Source: Amphiscolops sp. MND2022 (taxonomy: Eukaryota). Taken from it: a DNA stretch of 64,000 nucleotides. Both the position numbers and the translations under genes were made by a program. Below are positions 11,560 to 24,223 of this stretch, one piece after another. The notes below the pieces were generated by a model. That model was not told the origin of the DNA. It ran no database searches and saw only the letters and a list, made by a program, of their open reading frames with translations. Position 1 is the first letter of the stretch. The number at the start of each line of letters is the position of its first letter. Location: contig OZ076416.1 of NCBI GenBank assembly GCA_964187785.1, positions 18,662,001 through 18,726,000 on the forward strand, written 5' to 3'.

Positions 11560-14011
11560 TTATCATCTCCAACACAACTTGTCCAGAGATGTCATATTTT
11601 GATGAAACCATGTAGTCATACAGTACGTTACACGTGGTTTCACATATAATTCAAAGATACGTACAGCGTAAAATGGATTTATTCCTTGCGCTATAAGTAT
11701 ACTAGTTTCTTTCCAGAAGAAATTAACCACTGAGGCAGCATGTGTTTTGAACCTCAATTCTCGCTCGAACCATAGGCCCAGTATTTTACTTCTCTCAACA
11801 AATTTATAGTCGGACTGAAATACTTCTTTTGAGAATTTTATATGTTCAGTTTTGTCTTTATTCAGCAGCTGCCTCCATTTGTTTGTATAGTTTTCTGCCT
11901 TTACTAAAGATGTGCTTAAGTTTTGTTTGCTTGAAAGAGAAGTACTGTCATCTGCATACTTATATGTTAAGTCCGCATCATGGAAAAGCCCTTCATATAA
12001 AATGTAAACAAAAGTGGTGACAGTATAGCCCCCTGAGGTAAACCGTTAAGAGGGACAAATGACATGTCGATATAATCATTGACTTGGATACTGACTTTCC
12101 GATTCGATAAAAAAGATTTTATAGAAGCTAACATTGGACAATTTAAACCACTGTTTACTACCTTGCTTAGCAATCAAGTTTGATCTACGGAATCAAAAGC
12201 TTTCTCTAGATCATATACTGTTGCTATTGGTAAATTTTTCATTGGTAAGATATCATGATATAATTTGAATAAGTAGTGCAAAGTTGACTTGCCTGGCTGA
12301 AAACCAAATTTTTGCTCATCAATGTCGAGGATATCTGATGATCTTAGTCTTCTATCTATCACTTGTTCAACTACTTTTCCTAAGTGGGATGTAAGTGAAA
12401 TAGGTATCCATGAAGATGGATTAGAATAATCAGTGTTGCCAGACGTTTTTAGGAATTTGACTATGGTTTTATCAAATGGCCAAATTCCCATGAAAACAAG
12501 TGCAAACATATGCTAATGGAGTTAAATTTGAATTTTTTATTTAATTTAGGTTGAAGGCTATGAGGATCAAAGCTCTTGTTGTTTGTCTTCATTTTCTTTA
12601 TGGCTTGTTTAAGTTCATCCATTGTAATACGCATGTTTAGATCATTCTTGACCTCCTCCTTGTAATAATCACCAACGGTGTGAGCCAACTTCTCATTCAC
12701 TTCTACTTTTGTTTTTTCTTAAAAAGCGGCGTCAAATAGTTTACCAGTAAGGTGTGCACCATCGAAGAAAAAACGTTTAAAGAGCGCAGTTTTATAACAA
12801 TCCTTTTCCAGTGTCTTACCCTTGTGACGAAGTACTCCTATGTTATTTAAGTCCATTGAACCATTGAAATTGCGGATATTATCGAAAAAATTTTTAGAGT
12901 TTCCCTCGTTCATTTCCATGATGCCATTTCGCCTCCAACAGGTATTATTCTTTTTCATTTCCTTTTTGAATTCGATTTTAGCCATTTCAACAATGTTCTT
13001 GTTTTTCGGGTTACATTGGAGTCTATATTTTTCATTTTTTGCGATAAGTGAGTCAATTTATTGCTCCAGTATGGTTTGGAATAATTTACAAAGTGTTTTC
13101 TGTTGAATCAAAATTTCACAAACTCTTCTCACTAGGCCCATAAACATTAGGAGAGCTTTCGTAGGTGCTTCCGTTATCATGCTATCCATGTTTTCCACCA
13201 TAATATTTTCCAGTTGAATACATCTTTCTTCCCAATTTGCCATTTTGTAGTTTAGCACACACCGTTTAGGATTATCATTTTTCAGAGGAATATCTATATC
13301 AAATAGAACAGGCCATTGACCTTGCTCTGGAGCACCAGAGAAAAATTCGATAACTTCGATCACTCGTGCATTGCATACCAGATCAGAGCACTTTTGTTCA
13401 GTGATGCAAATATCGACTATGCTGCTACCTTTCTTGCTTGCTGAGACAAAAAAGGGCTGGTGAGGGCTTATTATAGAAAGACCATTGTCGGCACAGTAGT
13501 CGGCGAGTAATTTACCATTTTTATTTTCTAATTTATCGCCCCATAGTGGATGCCTCGAATTCCAATCGCTGAAGATTATTGGTCCAGTTTTGATTTCATT
13601 TTTGCATAACGTATACACTTCAGTCAGAACATCTGTGGCGCTTTCGATGTTTTCAGTGTTTCCTAAATGTACATATATTGATCCCAGCAAAAATTTCCTC
13701 TTTTCAATAGAGATTTCTGCCAAACAGCAATCAACACCTTCGCTGGGTGTTATTTTCACTTCATAGGAATTTAATTGTTTGTGTATGAGCAAGGAGCAAT
13801 CAAGTTTGTTTGAATGGGCGTGGTAGATATCGTAGTTACCAAAACCCTGAAAGTTTCCATGACTTTCAGAGATCGTAATAACTTTTATGTTGTTGTCGTT
13901 TGGATATATATCCATAGCAATACACGAGTGAGCGGAGAGACCAGCAATGTTTATACTCATGGCTAAGAGAAATTGTTTCATCACGAGTTGACTCTGTTCA
14001 ACTTTTTCCAC
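11560..14011 (-). pseudogene. LINE ORF2 (APE endonuclease plus reverse transcriptase), fragmented
   Basis: APE: SINIAGL, TISESH, GSIY, DWNSRHPLWGD..NG. RT: PISLTSHLGKVVE, FGFQPGKST, DLEKAFDSV, GLPQGAILSPLLF. Confidence 0.88.
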
Positions 14012-15052
14012 AATTCCTGGTCATTTCGCAGTTTTTGTCAAAATCTGTGTGATCCTTGTCGCAATTCACACAATAGATTTCGTTTGGTGGGAGACAATCT
14101 TTTGTACGTTCATGTTTTTCCTGGCATACAGATTCTTTATGACGGGTCGTTGGATGCTCGTAGCAACAGATAGCACAAAACGATTGGTTTTTACAAATTT
14201 TGGATACATGACTACCCCAATGTTGACAGTTGAAACATTGAATATTCCGTTTGGTGGTACGTTTAGGGTCCATCTTGAAGTACATATACTCTAGCGTAAT
14301 TCCATTTTGAAGATATTTAATAAATGTGCTTTCTTACTGGAAAACTAGTTCCACTAAAGGAATGGCCTTTCCGCCTCTGATATATCGGATCACTTCAATT
14401 TCTTCCTCATTTTCGCCAGCTAAAACATTCTTGATGTCATCATGGGAAATTTCAACTGGCACATCTCGGATTATACCCCTATGTGATCTGCTTTCATTCG
14501 GTGAAAAACTCTAGTATCTGTCCCGAGAAGATTCGAACACCATTTGTTTTTCACTCTAGCGCAACAGTCTTTGTTGTTAAATAACAGAACAATCTTCCCA
14601 AGCTTGTTGGTGAAAATGAAATCCAGTTTGATACCGGGGAAATGCGTATACAGCCTCCGTTTTTGTAATACAATATAAAAAGGAATATCATCATCTATTG
14701 TACCAGAAATGTATAACATTTGTTCATCAGGATATTCACGATTACCAGTGCAAGTTTCATTTACTTTTGTGGGAGTTTTTTCCGAAACTTTAGATGCGTA
14801 AGAAGGTTTATTGGTATTAAACGAGGTTACTAATCTTTTTATATCTTCCTTGACCTTGTTCAGTCCTAGATTGTTAGACACACACTTGAGACGATCATCC
14901 ACATTGTCCAGACACCAACCACAGAACCACTTGCAGGCGTCGATCTCTCCGATGACTTTTAATTGCTTCTTGGACAAACCCGAACATTCTTCATGAAACC
15001 ATATAGAGCACATGTCACACATTATTGCTAATTGACCACCTAGGACCTCCAC
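13998..15052 (-). pseudogene. LINE ORF1 (PHD finger plus triple zinc knuckle)
   Basis: CDMCSIWFHEECSGL..WFCGWC (PHD); CFNCQHWGSHVSKIC, CAICCYEH and CVNCDKDH..C (knuckles). Confidence 0.8.
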
Positions 15053-16294
15053 ATCACACTTCTTGCAAATGCTTTGCGATGCTTCGTCATTGGTTGTACA
15101 TTCTGCATTGTGATTCTCCCCCCGTCATCTTCGGCCGATCTCTGAAATCCACTAGGGCTTCTTCTTATCGGCACACCACCATATCTCATCTATTTATTTA
15201 TATACATATAAAAACTACGACAAAGTAAACTAACGTCTTCTTCTTCAACCAAAACTAATATTTCCAGCTGCACCTCACGCAAGTACCGCACCAAAAATGA
15301 CTGCAGAGAGATTTTTTAGCATTGCTGGTTGGTTTTGCCCTATTTGATGCTAGGGCACGTCTCCTACCGTCGAACTTGGAGCTGCAGTTTTTTTGGAGTT
15401 CAATAAAAATTGTGGGATATAAACACGGTTAAAACCATTGTTTTGTCAAACCTCGGTGATGAAAATTTTGACTAAATGAGGATCGCTATTAATCTATCGA
15501 AACGAAAAAATGTTCTGAATAATTTATCGATTGAGAAACCTGAAAATTAATCTAGAATAATCATTGAACATCCCTGCTTGTCACTGACTAGGTTATTCAT
15601 AGACTGCCCCGTTACTAGGCTCCAATCCAAGGACAGAAACAACATGGCTGATGGACCTCTATTGGTTGATTTCATGTCGAAAGTCGAAAAAATAGTGCTT
15701 CTCATGAAAAGTTTTACTATTGTTGTGTAGATGACGTTATTACAATGACTGTATGGATATGCCACTGCGGTGATAGCCCATTTTTTAGTCGGTGTAAAGC
15801 TAGGCTCGAAGTCACTAAGTTGAAAACGCGTTCAGATTTTCTAGAAATTATAATTATAACGCAGTCAGTTATGTTCACATACCCCTGAAGTCTGTGAAGA
15901 TAATGTCAATATCGCTATCTGTCGCGATCCTTTCATAAATTTTTTGAAGGAACGTTATTTGTTCAATAACTGTCGGTCAAGTTCTTCGGAAAACAAACTG
16001 TGAGTCATGTAAGAAAGGAGAACAAAAAGTAGGAAATTTTTTGAAAATCAGAGTTTCTAACATTTTCGCAGGAAAATCTAGTATTTAGCAGTGATACGGG
16101 TTGACTGTTAACATTTTAAAGTTTGTTTCTTTTTTGAACGGGGGAACAACGAGAGCTTTTTCCACTCATCATGGAAGATTCCTGCTTGAATGAATTGTTG
16201 AACGATTTGACACGATAGAAAGTGAGGGATAGAGAAACAAGTTTTTTGAAAAGAATGGGGGGCAGGTTATTCGATCGTTGGCTTTTGTTGGCTT

Positions 16295-17150
16295 TTATAT
16301 TTTAACAAATAGTAATTTAATTACATCTTTCTTAGAGGTTTCTATAGTCTCTAATGTGGAAGAACATTTCTTCGGCAGCATCTTCCACCTGTTGAATGCT
16401 GTTGTAAATTCGAGCCTTCTCTGGATAGTCCTTTGACGCAAAACTTCATTTGAAGTATCCTCCGATGTCCAAGGTGGTACCGAAGTTCTACATTGGGTTT
16501 TTTCGGGAGTAAACTTTCGGTGAGCAGTTTGTATCCAATCATGCCAAAGTTCCACAATCAATTTTCTGTTCATTCTGTTTTCAATGAACAATTTCGGGAG
16601 GATTCCTGAAATCTCCATCGCAAAAGCTAAAAATGTTGTTTCCGGGTTTGACTTTTGCATAATCGAACTATTGTCAATTTTGACGAGGAATTCGAAAGGA
16701 CTGTGATCCGAGCACTTCTTTTCCAAGAGCGAATCTTTGTTTTTTTTTCTATAATAATAATGCGGAATGTTTTGTAACCAACCCTAAGTTCAAATTACCG
16801 CTGGTAGCCTTGTTGAAATCTATTTTTTGTTGAAACCACACAGAGTCAATTCAATCTTTGAACTCTCTTTCCAAGTCGTGATCGGATGACACGTTTTTTT
16901 AAATAATAGAAAGAAAATTGGAGTCTCCATAAATCAAGCTCTCACTAAACGTGCCTTGAGGTGTGAGATAATTTCGAAAAGCTTTGTTAGGTACTCACTG
17001 TTATAATAATTTTTGCTAAATGCAGGAGGTAGATGCATGGGATAATCAAAACTTTCCGTCGGGCAAGAGTTACAGAGCATAAAGTGCCTAATCCGTTAAC
17101 ATCATAATACAAACAAGACGCCCGCTAAGCACCGGGATATTTTCCGCTCT
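16295..17150 (-). pseudogene. Relic of another LINE ORF2 (APE C-terminal part and linker)
   Basis: LIYGDSNF-like, SDHSP and PPWTS motifs in broken frames. Confidence 0.4.
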
Positions 17151-17169
17151 TTTAGCCTTCACCGACTAA

Positions 17170-17350
17170 ACCGTAGCTATTTTGGGATTAGGATCTAAAG
17201 AATGAGATCTAATATTTAGTGATTTTAGATCTTATTCCCTTTAGATCTTTTTGCCGTCCTGAAATTTTAGATATTATTCCCTTTAGATCTAATTCCCTTT
17301 TTAACTTTAGATATTATTACCCTTCCAAGCTAGCTTCTAACTTCTAAGCT
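17170..17350. repeat. Short degenerate tandem repeats (TTTAGATCT/ATTCCC units)
   Basis: TTTAGAT(C/A)TTATTCCCTTTAGATCT recurs with variants, followed by paired AAGCTAGCTT palindromes. Confidence 0.5.
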
Positions 17351-19069
17351 AGCTTATCGTTTTCTTAGCGACAGAGGAGATAGTCAAACTGGAAGGAGAG
17401 TCAAGTGGAGTTCTGGCAGAATTTGAAAAAAAAGCATCACAGATCATGATTTTTCTCCCCCATTTATAAAATGTGGGATCGGAAAATAATAAAGTTGTTC
17501 AGAAAGGATGGATTTTGGACAGAGATTATGGTACTTCTGCGAGCAGTGTTCTTGTTGGTATAATTTTCGTTCGACAGAAAGCATTGCCAATGGAGAGAGA
17601 ATTCGCATTCTGTATTAGTATCAAATAGCCTTGTTTCGCAAAGACAAACAATGTCGTTATTTTAAGTTGTAAGATGATTCGCAAAAAAATATATGTTCCG
17701 CTTTGATGAAGTTTCTGGTATTGTACCAAAAGATTCTCGGTTCGCAATTTTCCTGGTCTTTCAATTCTATTCTCTTTCAATTAGTTTTGCTGATATTTTG
17801 GTTCGAAAGAAAGCGATGCCTTTTTGCCCAGCACGCTATATCTTAAATTGTGACGTTGTATCCGAGTGAACATACGTTCTACTAAAGAGAAACCGGGTGT
17901 TCCAAAATAATGTGCTTCATCCGAATTTCGACAATACATCCGAAGTAACTGTAAAGATTAAGTTTAGACACAAAAGGGTGACGCTTTTGTTTTTCAAACA
18001 CTGTGGAACACAAAACTTGACTCTTTGAAGTATTTTTGCTTTTGCCGAGGCTTTTGTCGACTTATGCCGTTCCAGCTTGTTAACTTTTAGGATTAGCACA
18101 ACAGTTCTCTCGAAAAAGGCCATGTGAATTATTTCTGCTCAATCCAAAATCTGTCGAAGTAGCCCAAATAATCTAGTGGTTCCTTCTTCAAGTTCTCATG
18201 TAATAAATTCATTGCTTTTTGTATGACGTAGAAATCACTTGTCGATAAACACTTTCACCATGTGTCCAATGTCCGGGGCAAAAAAACTATGCGAAACAGT
18301 GTTTCTAAAACAACATGTAACAAAATTTATAGAAACCAGACTGTCCTTTTAGAAAAAAGGCAATGGTAGTCGCAGGTTGATGAACACTGGACAAACAACA
18401 CTGCGGGAATGAGGTGAGAAACAAATGAAGCAAACAGGTGGAAAAACATCGTGGAAGTACTTCACAAATAAAATATTTCAGTCAGCTGATTATTACGAGA
18501 AACCAGTCCAGACTATTTCAAGCGTTGTCTACTTGAACTCCGAGATCTTTTTTGCTTGAAATAGCTGCCTGTTTGCGTTTCCTGGGTGACTATGCACAGG
18601 TGATAACATATATCTTTGAGGAGCACGGATGTAGATGGTTCTAACTCGCCTTGTCTTCAAATTCATTCAAGAGACTGAAAAAAGTAGCCTTTGCCAATGG
18701 GACACTGGTGCAGCGAGACCGAGATGAGCTACAGAACCGTTCAGAATCAACTTGTCGCCAGCGGCGCAAGACTGGTTCCGTTGGGATACAATTCGTTGGT
18801 GTGCGTTAGACCATGCTAGAACATTATGGTTGTGATGCTTCGGGAACTTTCTTGCAATCTTACAACAGTAAAGACCGTGATGTCTTTTCTCAAGAACTCT
18901 TGCCGCAACGACAAAAATGTTTCTCACAAGTATTGGCACTAAACGAGCGTTCATTCTTCTGAATTGTTCTTCGTAAACCTGAAACGAACGTTTCAAGACA
19001 ACATTGTACAAAGAGTCAGCCCAGTGTTTTTGGATATAGTCACATGGAGGTTGGCCTTGTTAAGTACCT

Positions 19070-20030
19070 CCCTTGTCAAGTTTTCTTAAAACATACCTCT
19101 TGTACCTCACGAATGGTCTTTTTAAGTCCCTTTAGTTGTCTTGAACCTTCTTGGTACACTCGGCTCACCATAATTGACGATTAATCTTCAATAGGATTAC
19201 TGTCGGGAGAACAAGGCGTACAGTCCAGAAGGTCAATCTTCTTTGATTCAAAAAAAATTTTGTGCTTTGAGATGTTTGTGGAGTTGCATTGTCTTGCAAT
19301 AAAACATAGCCAATTTGATGGAATGGCATGTAACTCTACTCTATAAAATACTGATAGTAATCCGAGTTAACATTGCCTTCACAAAAGTGTATTGAGGTAG
19401 TTCCATTGAATCCAAGTCCTGCCCAAACCCCTAACCCTCTAGAGAAATCTTTTTTGCCGTAAACTTTTCGCATTTCTCTACACCAATAAAATCTCATTCC
19501 ATCAGGCCCAACGAGAAAAAAAACGTTTTTCGTGGGTGATTGTGGTTTTCTGGATATCAGAACTCCCAGTCGATGTTTTCTCCAGTTGGGTTTTTGCCCA
19601 ATCGAACCTCCTGTTTCGTATGGTTTTTTACTCGCCAAATATTTCCGAACACAAACATAACTTCGTCCAATGGCCCGAGCGATATCCGAAACACTAGTTC
19701 CTGCTTTATGCATTCCAAAAAATGACCTTGATTAGTATTTGATAGCAAAGTGCCTCTTCTTGGCATTTTGCAGTGAATATCTTTGATTTTTTTTAAAATT
19801 GTCTTGGCGTCTTGATTGTTTGGAAAACTGAAAAATACGATTGTTATTATATGCATTACTCCTTGATTTAAAACTGGAGTGAAACGTAGAAATTCATATT
19901 AAAATGTGTTTTTTATCACATACCTTTTGGGCACGTGGATTTAGACTTCCGCTCGACCTGGCGTTCAATGCAACATTTCTGGTTCCGAAATGAAACTATG
20001 ATACAGAATTTTCTTTGTTAATAAATCTTC
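19070..20030 (-). mobile_element. Tc1/mariner (Tc3-like DD34E) transposase relic, copy 1, internally deleted
   Basis: MPRRGTLLS..AGTSVSDIARAIGRS (HTH), DEKRF.L.GPDG.RFYW, QDNATP and SPD.NPIE motifs, with frameshifts. TIRs not found. Confidence 0.8.
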
Positions 20031-20680
20031 ATTCAGTTTCCAAACCCCCAAGCCAAAGGCCGGCAAAAACTTCCCGCACCTCACATTTTTGTTCATCAGA
20101 GCTCCTTCTCAACCACTTCTGTACGTTGAACAGAATCAGATTGTTTTCTCGCAAATCGTGATTTTTGAACTGTTACTGTAGGGTATTTTGCTAAAACCTT
20201 TTACTCTTTGGTGATGGTTATGTCTGCGATATATTTTCCACACAATTTTTTCAGTATGATTTTGCTATTGTTCCACCAACTTCGCCTTTACTTTTGTCTC
20301 GAAACTTGGTTCTTGATTTTTCTCGATTTGAGGCTAGAAATTTTTTCAATTTCAGTTGCACTGATTCGGCTCTCTCTGAGACGTTTTTCAATTTTTTTGA
20401 AGCGTCTGACGGACAAGCTCTTTCCATGAAGTTCCATCTTCCTCAAGATTTTTTCAGGGATTGATGAAATTTTTGCAGAGTCTGATCATGTCGGCTGAAA
20501 TGCACATGGCTCGAAATACGTTGAAGCAATACCTGAGAAATCATCAGCGTGGTACAATTCGCCTCACAAGAAGTTTGAACCGCCTTTGCATTCGTTGTAC
20601 ATCTTCCACAAGGGAACATGACTGAGTGGCGTGTCAATTTTTCTGCCACTTTATATCAGTTCAGACTTTGCTTGGAGCCT

Positions 20681-20875
20681 TGTGGCATGACGTCACTTTA
20701 TGCAGTAACATACATGTATTCTATAAATAGTAGCCATGACAGTTTTGTACCTGTCAGAGAGGCTACTGCTTGAAACCATGCTGTTCTATTCACTAACCTT
20801 TGAATTACGCTTATCGATCAGAATAGATTATTCAGCATCAACATTATCTTTATCTCTTTTCGAGAAGATACAACA
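20681..20875 (+). repeat. 5' LTR of Mag-like element 1
   Basis: TGTGG...CAACA, contains TATAAA, and matches 29725-29919 except at 2 positions. Confidence 0.97.
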
Positions 20876-20884
20876 TGGCGCAGT
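20876..20884 (+). promoter_or_regulatory. Primer-binding site TGGCGCAGT (probably tRNA-Ser); repeated at 22541 and 24207
   Basis: Lies immediately after the LTR CA end and is complementary to a tRNA 3' end ACUGCG-CCA, as in Ser tRNAs with a GCAGUCG acceptor stem. Confidence 0.75.
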
Positions 20885-20892
20885 AAAGCAAG

Positions 20893-22491
20893 ATGGAAAA
20901 TCAAAAAGCAACCGAAAGTGCAGGCTCTTCAAGTGAAGAAATCCACGAAAGAGCAAACTCGAAAACCGAAAAGACACACCAGAAAATTACCTTACCAACA
21001 TTCGAAATACGCGGGATACAGGAGGCGAAGCTTTGGTGGAGGCGATTCACACAATACATTAAAATGACCCAAAAGATCGATCGTAACATAATGACCACAG
21101 ATCGTGAGATACTAGAAGGTTACAGGAATGATCTGGAACACCGGATCAAAGATCTGTTTATTTTGGCATTGGGCGAATCAGCGATAACAGAGATGACAAG
21201 AACCGTTAGAGACAACGACCCAAATCGAATGGACATAAATCAACTGTACTCATTATTCCGGTTACATTTCATACCGGAACGAAACAAATTCCATAGTAGA
21301 GCCGATTTCTTTGGAATAACGAGAGAAAAACACGAATCAGCGGAAGATGTGTGGACGAGAATCCTTCAAGTGGAAAAGAATTGCGAGTTCGAGAATGTAA
21401 CACCAGCCGAACTAATAGCGTCAAAGTTTCTCTCCGTAATTGGAAGATCAACGGGAGACTACGAACTAAAGAAGAAAATTAGAAAAAGTGGCATGACGAT
21501 AGAAACAATAACAGCACTGATACACGAACACATGTACGATCGGCTAAATGACTCGAACAATTCGAACGATGGAAAAGAAATAAAACACGTACAAGAACGA
21601 CCATACAAACGAAAATGGACAGAAAAAACCGATGCAGACAAAATGAAGAAAAGACCGGAATACCAAAAACAAAAACTAAAAGACAATCGTTGTGGACAAT
21701 GCGGAGCACCCAACTGGTCAAGACAACACATCTGCCCAGCAAAATCAGCAGAATGTAGAAAATGTGAAAGAAGGGGTCATTACGAAAAGATGTGCAGATT
21801 GATGAGAAGAGTACAATACGTCGACAAAACAACATCTTCAGCAGAAGAAGATAATTGGGATTATGAAAAAATCCAGAGGATAGAAAATACAAAACAAAAG
21901 AAAGGCTTCTACAACGCCACGCTATTGGTCAACAACGTACCAATAAAATTCATCATCGATAGTGGATCACCAGTAACACTTATTCCGGAATGCTTGTTTA
22001 GCAAAATTACACCAATTGAACCACTCAAAACCACTTACAAAGATGTAAACAATCAAAAGATTAGCTTTACAGGACAAACAAAAGCAATGGTCAAAACAAA
22101 CAAAGAAACAATGGAACTACCACTACTAATTACAAAAGCACAAACCGCTCCGTTGATGGGACTGGACTGGATGCAACAGATGAAAATAAACCGGAATTCA
22201 AACAACGACGCAATCCAAATACACAACATAAGTTTGGACAACACAGAAAGAAAAATCATAAAACTCCAGAACGATTTCAAAGATTTATTCTACAACAACA
22301 AAGAGATAAAGAATCTCTCGGTGAAAATAAATCTAAAAACTGGAGCACAAATAATACAACAAAAAGGACCACCAATCCCAATACATCTACAAGACCAAGT
22401 GGAACAGGAGCTGAAACGCTTAATAAAGCATGGTTATGTAGAAAAAGCAACGAAAATCACCAGCAAATTACCAGCTTATCGATCAGAATAG
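20893..22491 (+). CDS. Gag-protease copy 1 (532 aa, open; ends in LTR-derived sequence)
   Basis: Uninterrupted ORF with gag, zinc knuckles and FIIDSGSPVTL protease. Its C-terminus LPAYRSE* is read from the junction filler and the U5 fragment. Confidence 0.85.
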   Translation: MENQKATESAGSSSEEIHERANSKTEKTHQKITLPTFEIRGIQEAKLWWRRFTQYIKMTQKIDRNIMTTDREILEGYRNDLEHRIKDLFILALGESAITEMTRTVRDNDPNRMDINQLYSLFRLHFIPERNKFHSRADFFGITREKHESAEDVWTRILQVEKNCEFENVTPAELIASKFLSVIGRSTGDYELKKKIRKSGMTIETITALIHEHMYDRLNDSNNSNDGKEIKHVQERPYKRKWTEKTDADKMKKRPEYQKQKLKDNRCGQCGAPNWSRQHICPAKSAECRKCERRGHYEKMCRLMRRVQYVDKTTSSAEEDNWDYEKIQRIENTKQKKGFYNATLLVNNVPIKFIIDSGSPVTLIPECLFSKITPIEPLKTTYKDVNNQKISFTGQTKAMVKTNKETMELPLLITKAQTAPLMGLDWMQQMKINRNSNNDAIQIHNISLDNTERKIIKLQNDFKDLFYNNKEIKNLSVKINLKTGAQIIQQKGPPIPIHLQDQVEQELKRLIKHGYVEKATKITSKLPAYRSE

Positions 22492-22557
22492 ATTATTCAG
22501 CATCAACATTATCTTTATCTCTTTTCGAGAAGATACAACATGGCGCAGTAAAGCAAG

Positions 22558-24157
22558 ATGGAAAATCAAAAAGCAACCGAAAGTGCAGGCTCTTCAAGTG
22601 AAGAAATCCACGAAAGAGCAAACTCGAAAACCGAAAAGACACACCAGAAAATTACCTTACCAACATTCGAAAAACGCGGGATACAGGAGGCGAAGCTTTG
22701 GTGGAGGCGATTCACACAATACATTAGAATGACCCAAAACATCAATCGTAAAATAATGACCACAGATCGTGAGATACTAGAAGGTTACAGGATTGATCTG
22801 GAACACCGGATCAAAGATCTGTTTATTTGGGCATTGGGCGAATCAGCGATAACGGAGATGACAAGAACCGTTAGAGACAACGACCCAAATCGAATGGACA
22901 TAAATCAACTGTACTCATTATTCCGGTTACATTTCATACCGCAACGAAACACACCATAGTAGAGCCGATTTCTTTGGAATAACGAGAGAAAAACACGAAT
23001 CAGCGGAAGATGTGTGGACGAGAATCCTTCAAGTGGAAAAGAATTGCGAGTTCGAGAATGTAACACCAGCCGAACTAATAGCGTCAAAGTTTCTCTCCGT
23101 AATTGGAAGATCAACGGGAGACTACGAACTAAAGGAGAAAATTAGAAAAAGTGGCATGACGATAGAAACAATAACAGCACTGATACACGAACACATGTAC
23201 GATCGGCTAAATGACTCGAACAATTCGAACGATGGAAAAGAAATAAAACACGTACAAGAACGACCATACAAACGAAAATGGACAGAAAAAACCGATGCAG
23301 ACAAAATGAAGAAAAGACCGGAATACCAAAAACAAAAACCAAAAGACAATCGTTGTGGACAATGCGGAGCACCCAACTGGTCAAGACAACACATCTGCCC
23401 AGCAAAATCAGCAGAATGTAGAAAATGTGAAAGAAGGGGTCATTACGAAAAGATGTGCAGATTGATGAGAAGAGTACAATACGTCGACAAAACAACATCT
23501 TCAGCAGAAGAAGATAATTGGGATTATGAAAAAATCCAGAGGATAGAAAATACAAAACAAAAGAAAGGCTTCTACAACGCCACGCTATTGGTCAACAACG
23601 TACCAATAAAATTCATCATCGATAGTGGATCACCAGTAACACTTATTACGGAATGCTTGTTTAGCAAAATTACACCAATTGAACCACTCAAAACCACTTA
23701 CAAAGATGTAAACAATCAAAAGATTAGCTTTACAGGACAAACAAAAGCAATGGTCAAAACAAACAAAGAAACAATGGAACTACCACGACTAATCACAAAA
23801 GCACAAACCGCTCCGTTGATGGGACTGGACTGGATGCAACGGCTGAAAATAAACCTGAATTCAAACAACGACGCCGCAATCCAAATACACAACATAAATT
23901 TGGACAACACAGAAAGAAAAATCATAAAACTCCAGAACGATTTCAAAGATTTATTCTACAACAACAAAGAGATAAAGAATCTCTCGGTGAAAATAAATCT
24001 GAAAACTGGAGCACAAATAATACAACAAAAAGAACGACCAATCCCAATACAACTACAAGACCAAGTGGAACAGGAGCTGAAACGCTTAATAAAGCATGGT
24101 TATGAAGAAAAAGCAACGGAAATCACCAGCAAATCACCAGCTTATCGATCAGAATAG
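22558..24157 (+). pseudogene. Gag-protease copy 2 (frameshifted by a 2-bp net deletion near 22950)
   Basis: ORFs 22558..22959 and 23012..24157. CGAAACAAATTCCATAG in copies 1 and 3 reads CGAAACACACCATAG here. Confidence 0.9.
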
Positions 24158-24223
24158 ATTATTCAGCATCAACAATATCTTTATCTCTTTTCGAGAAGAT
24201 ACAACATGGCGCAGTAAAGCAAG

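Larger units (their letters stand above)
11240..15052 (-). mobile_element. Degenerate non-LTR retrotransposon (LINE), I-group (I/Nimb-like)
   Basis: ORF1 has a PHD finger and three CCHC-type knuckles. It is followed by an APE endonuclease and fragmented RT, with many stops and frameshifts. Confidence 0.85.

Noticed and set aside
18667-19011. 114-aa minus-strand ORF
   Set aside because: No ATG start, no motif and no second copy in the window.
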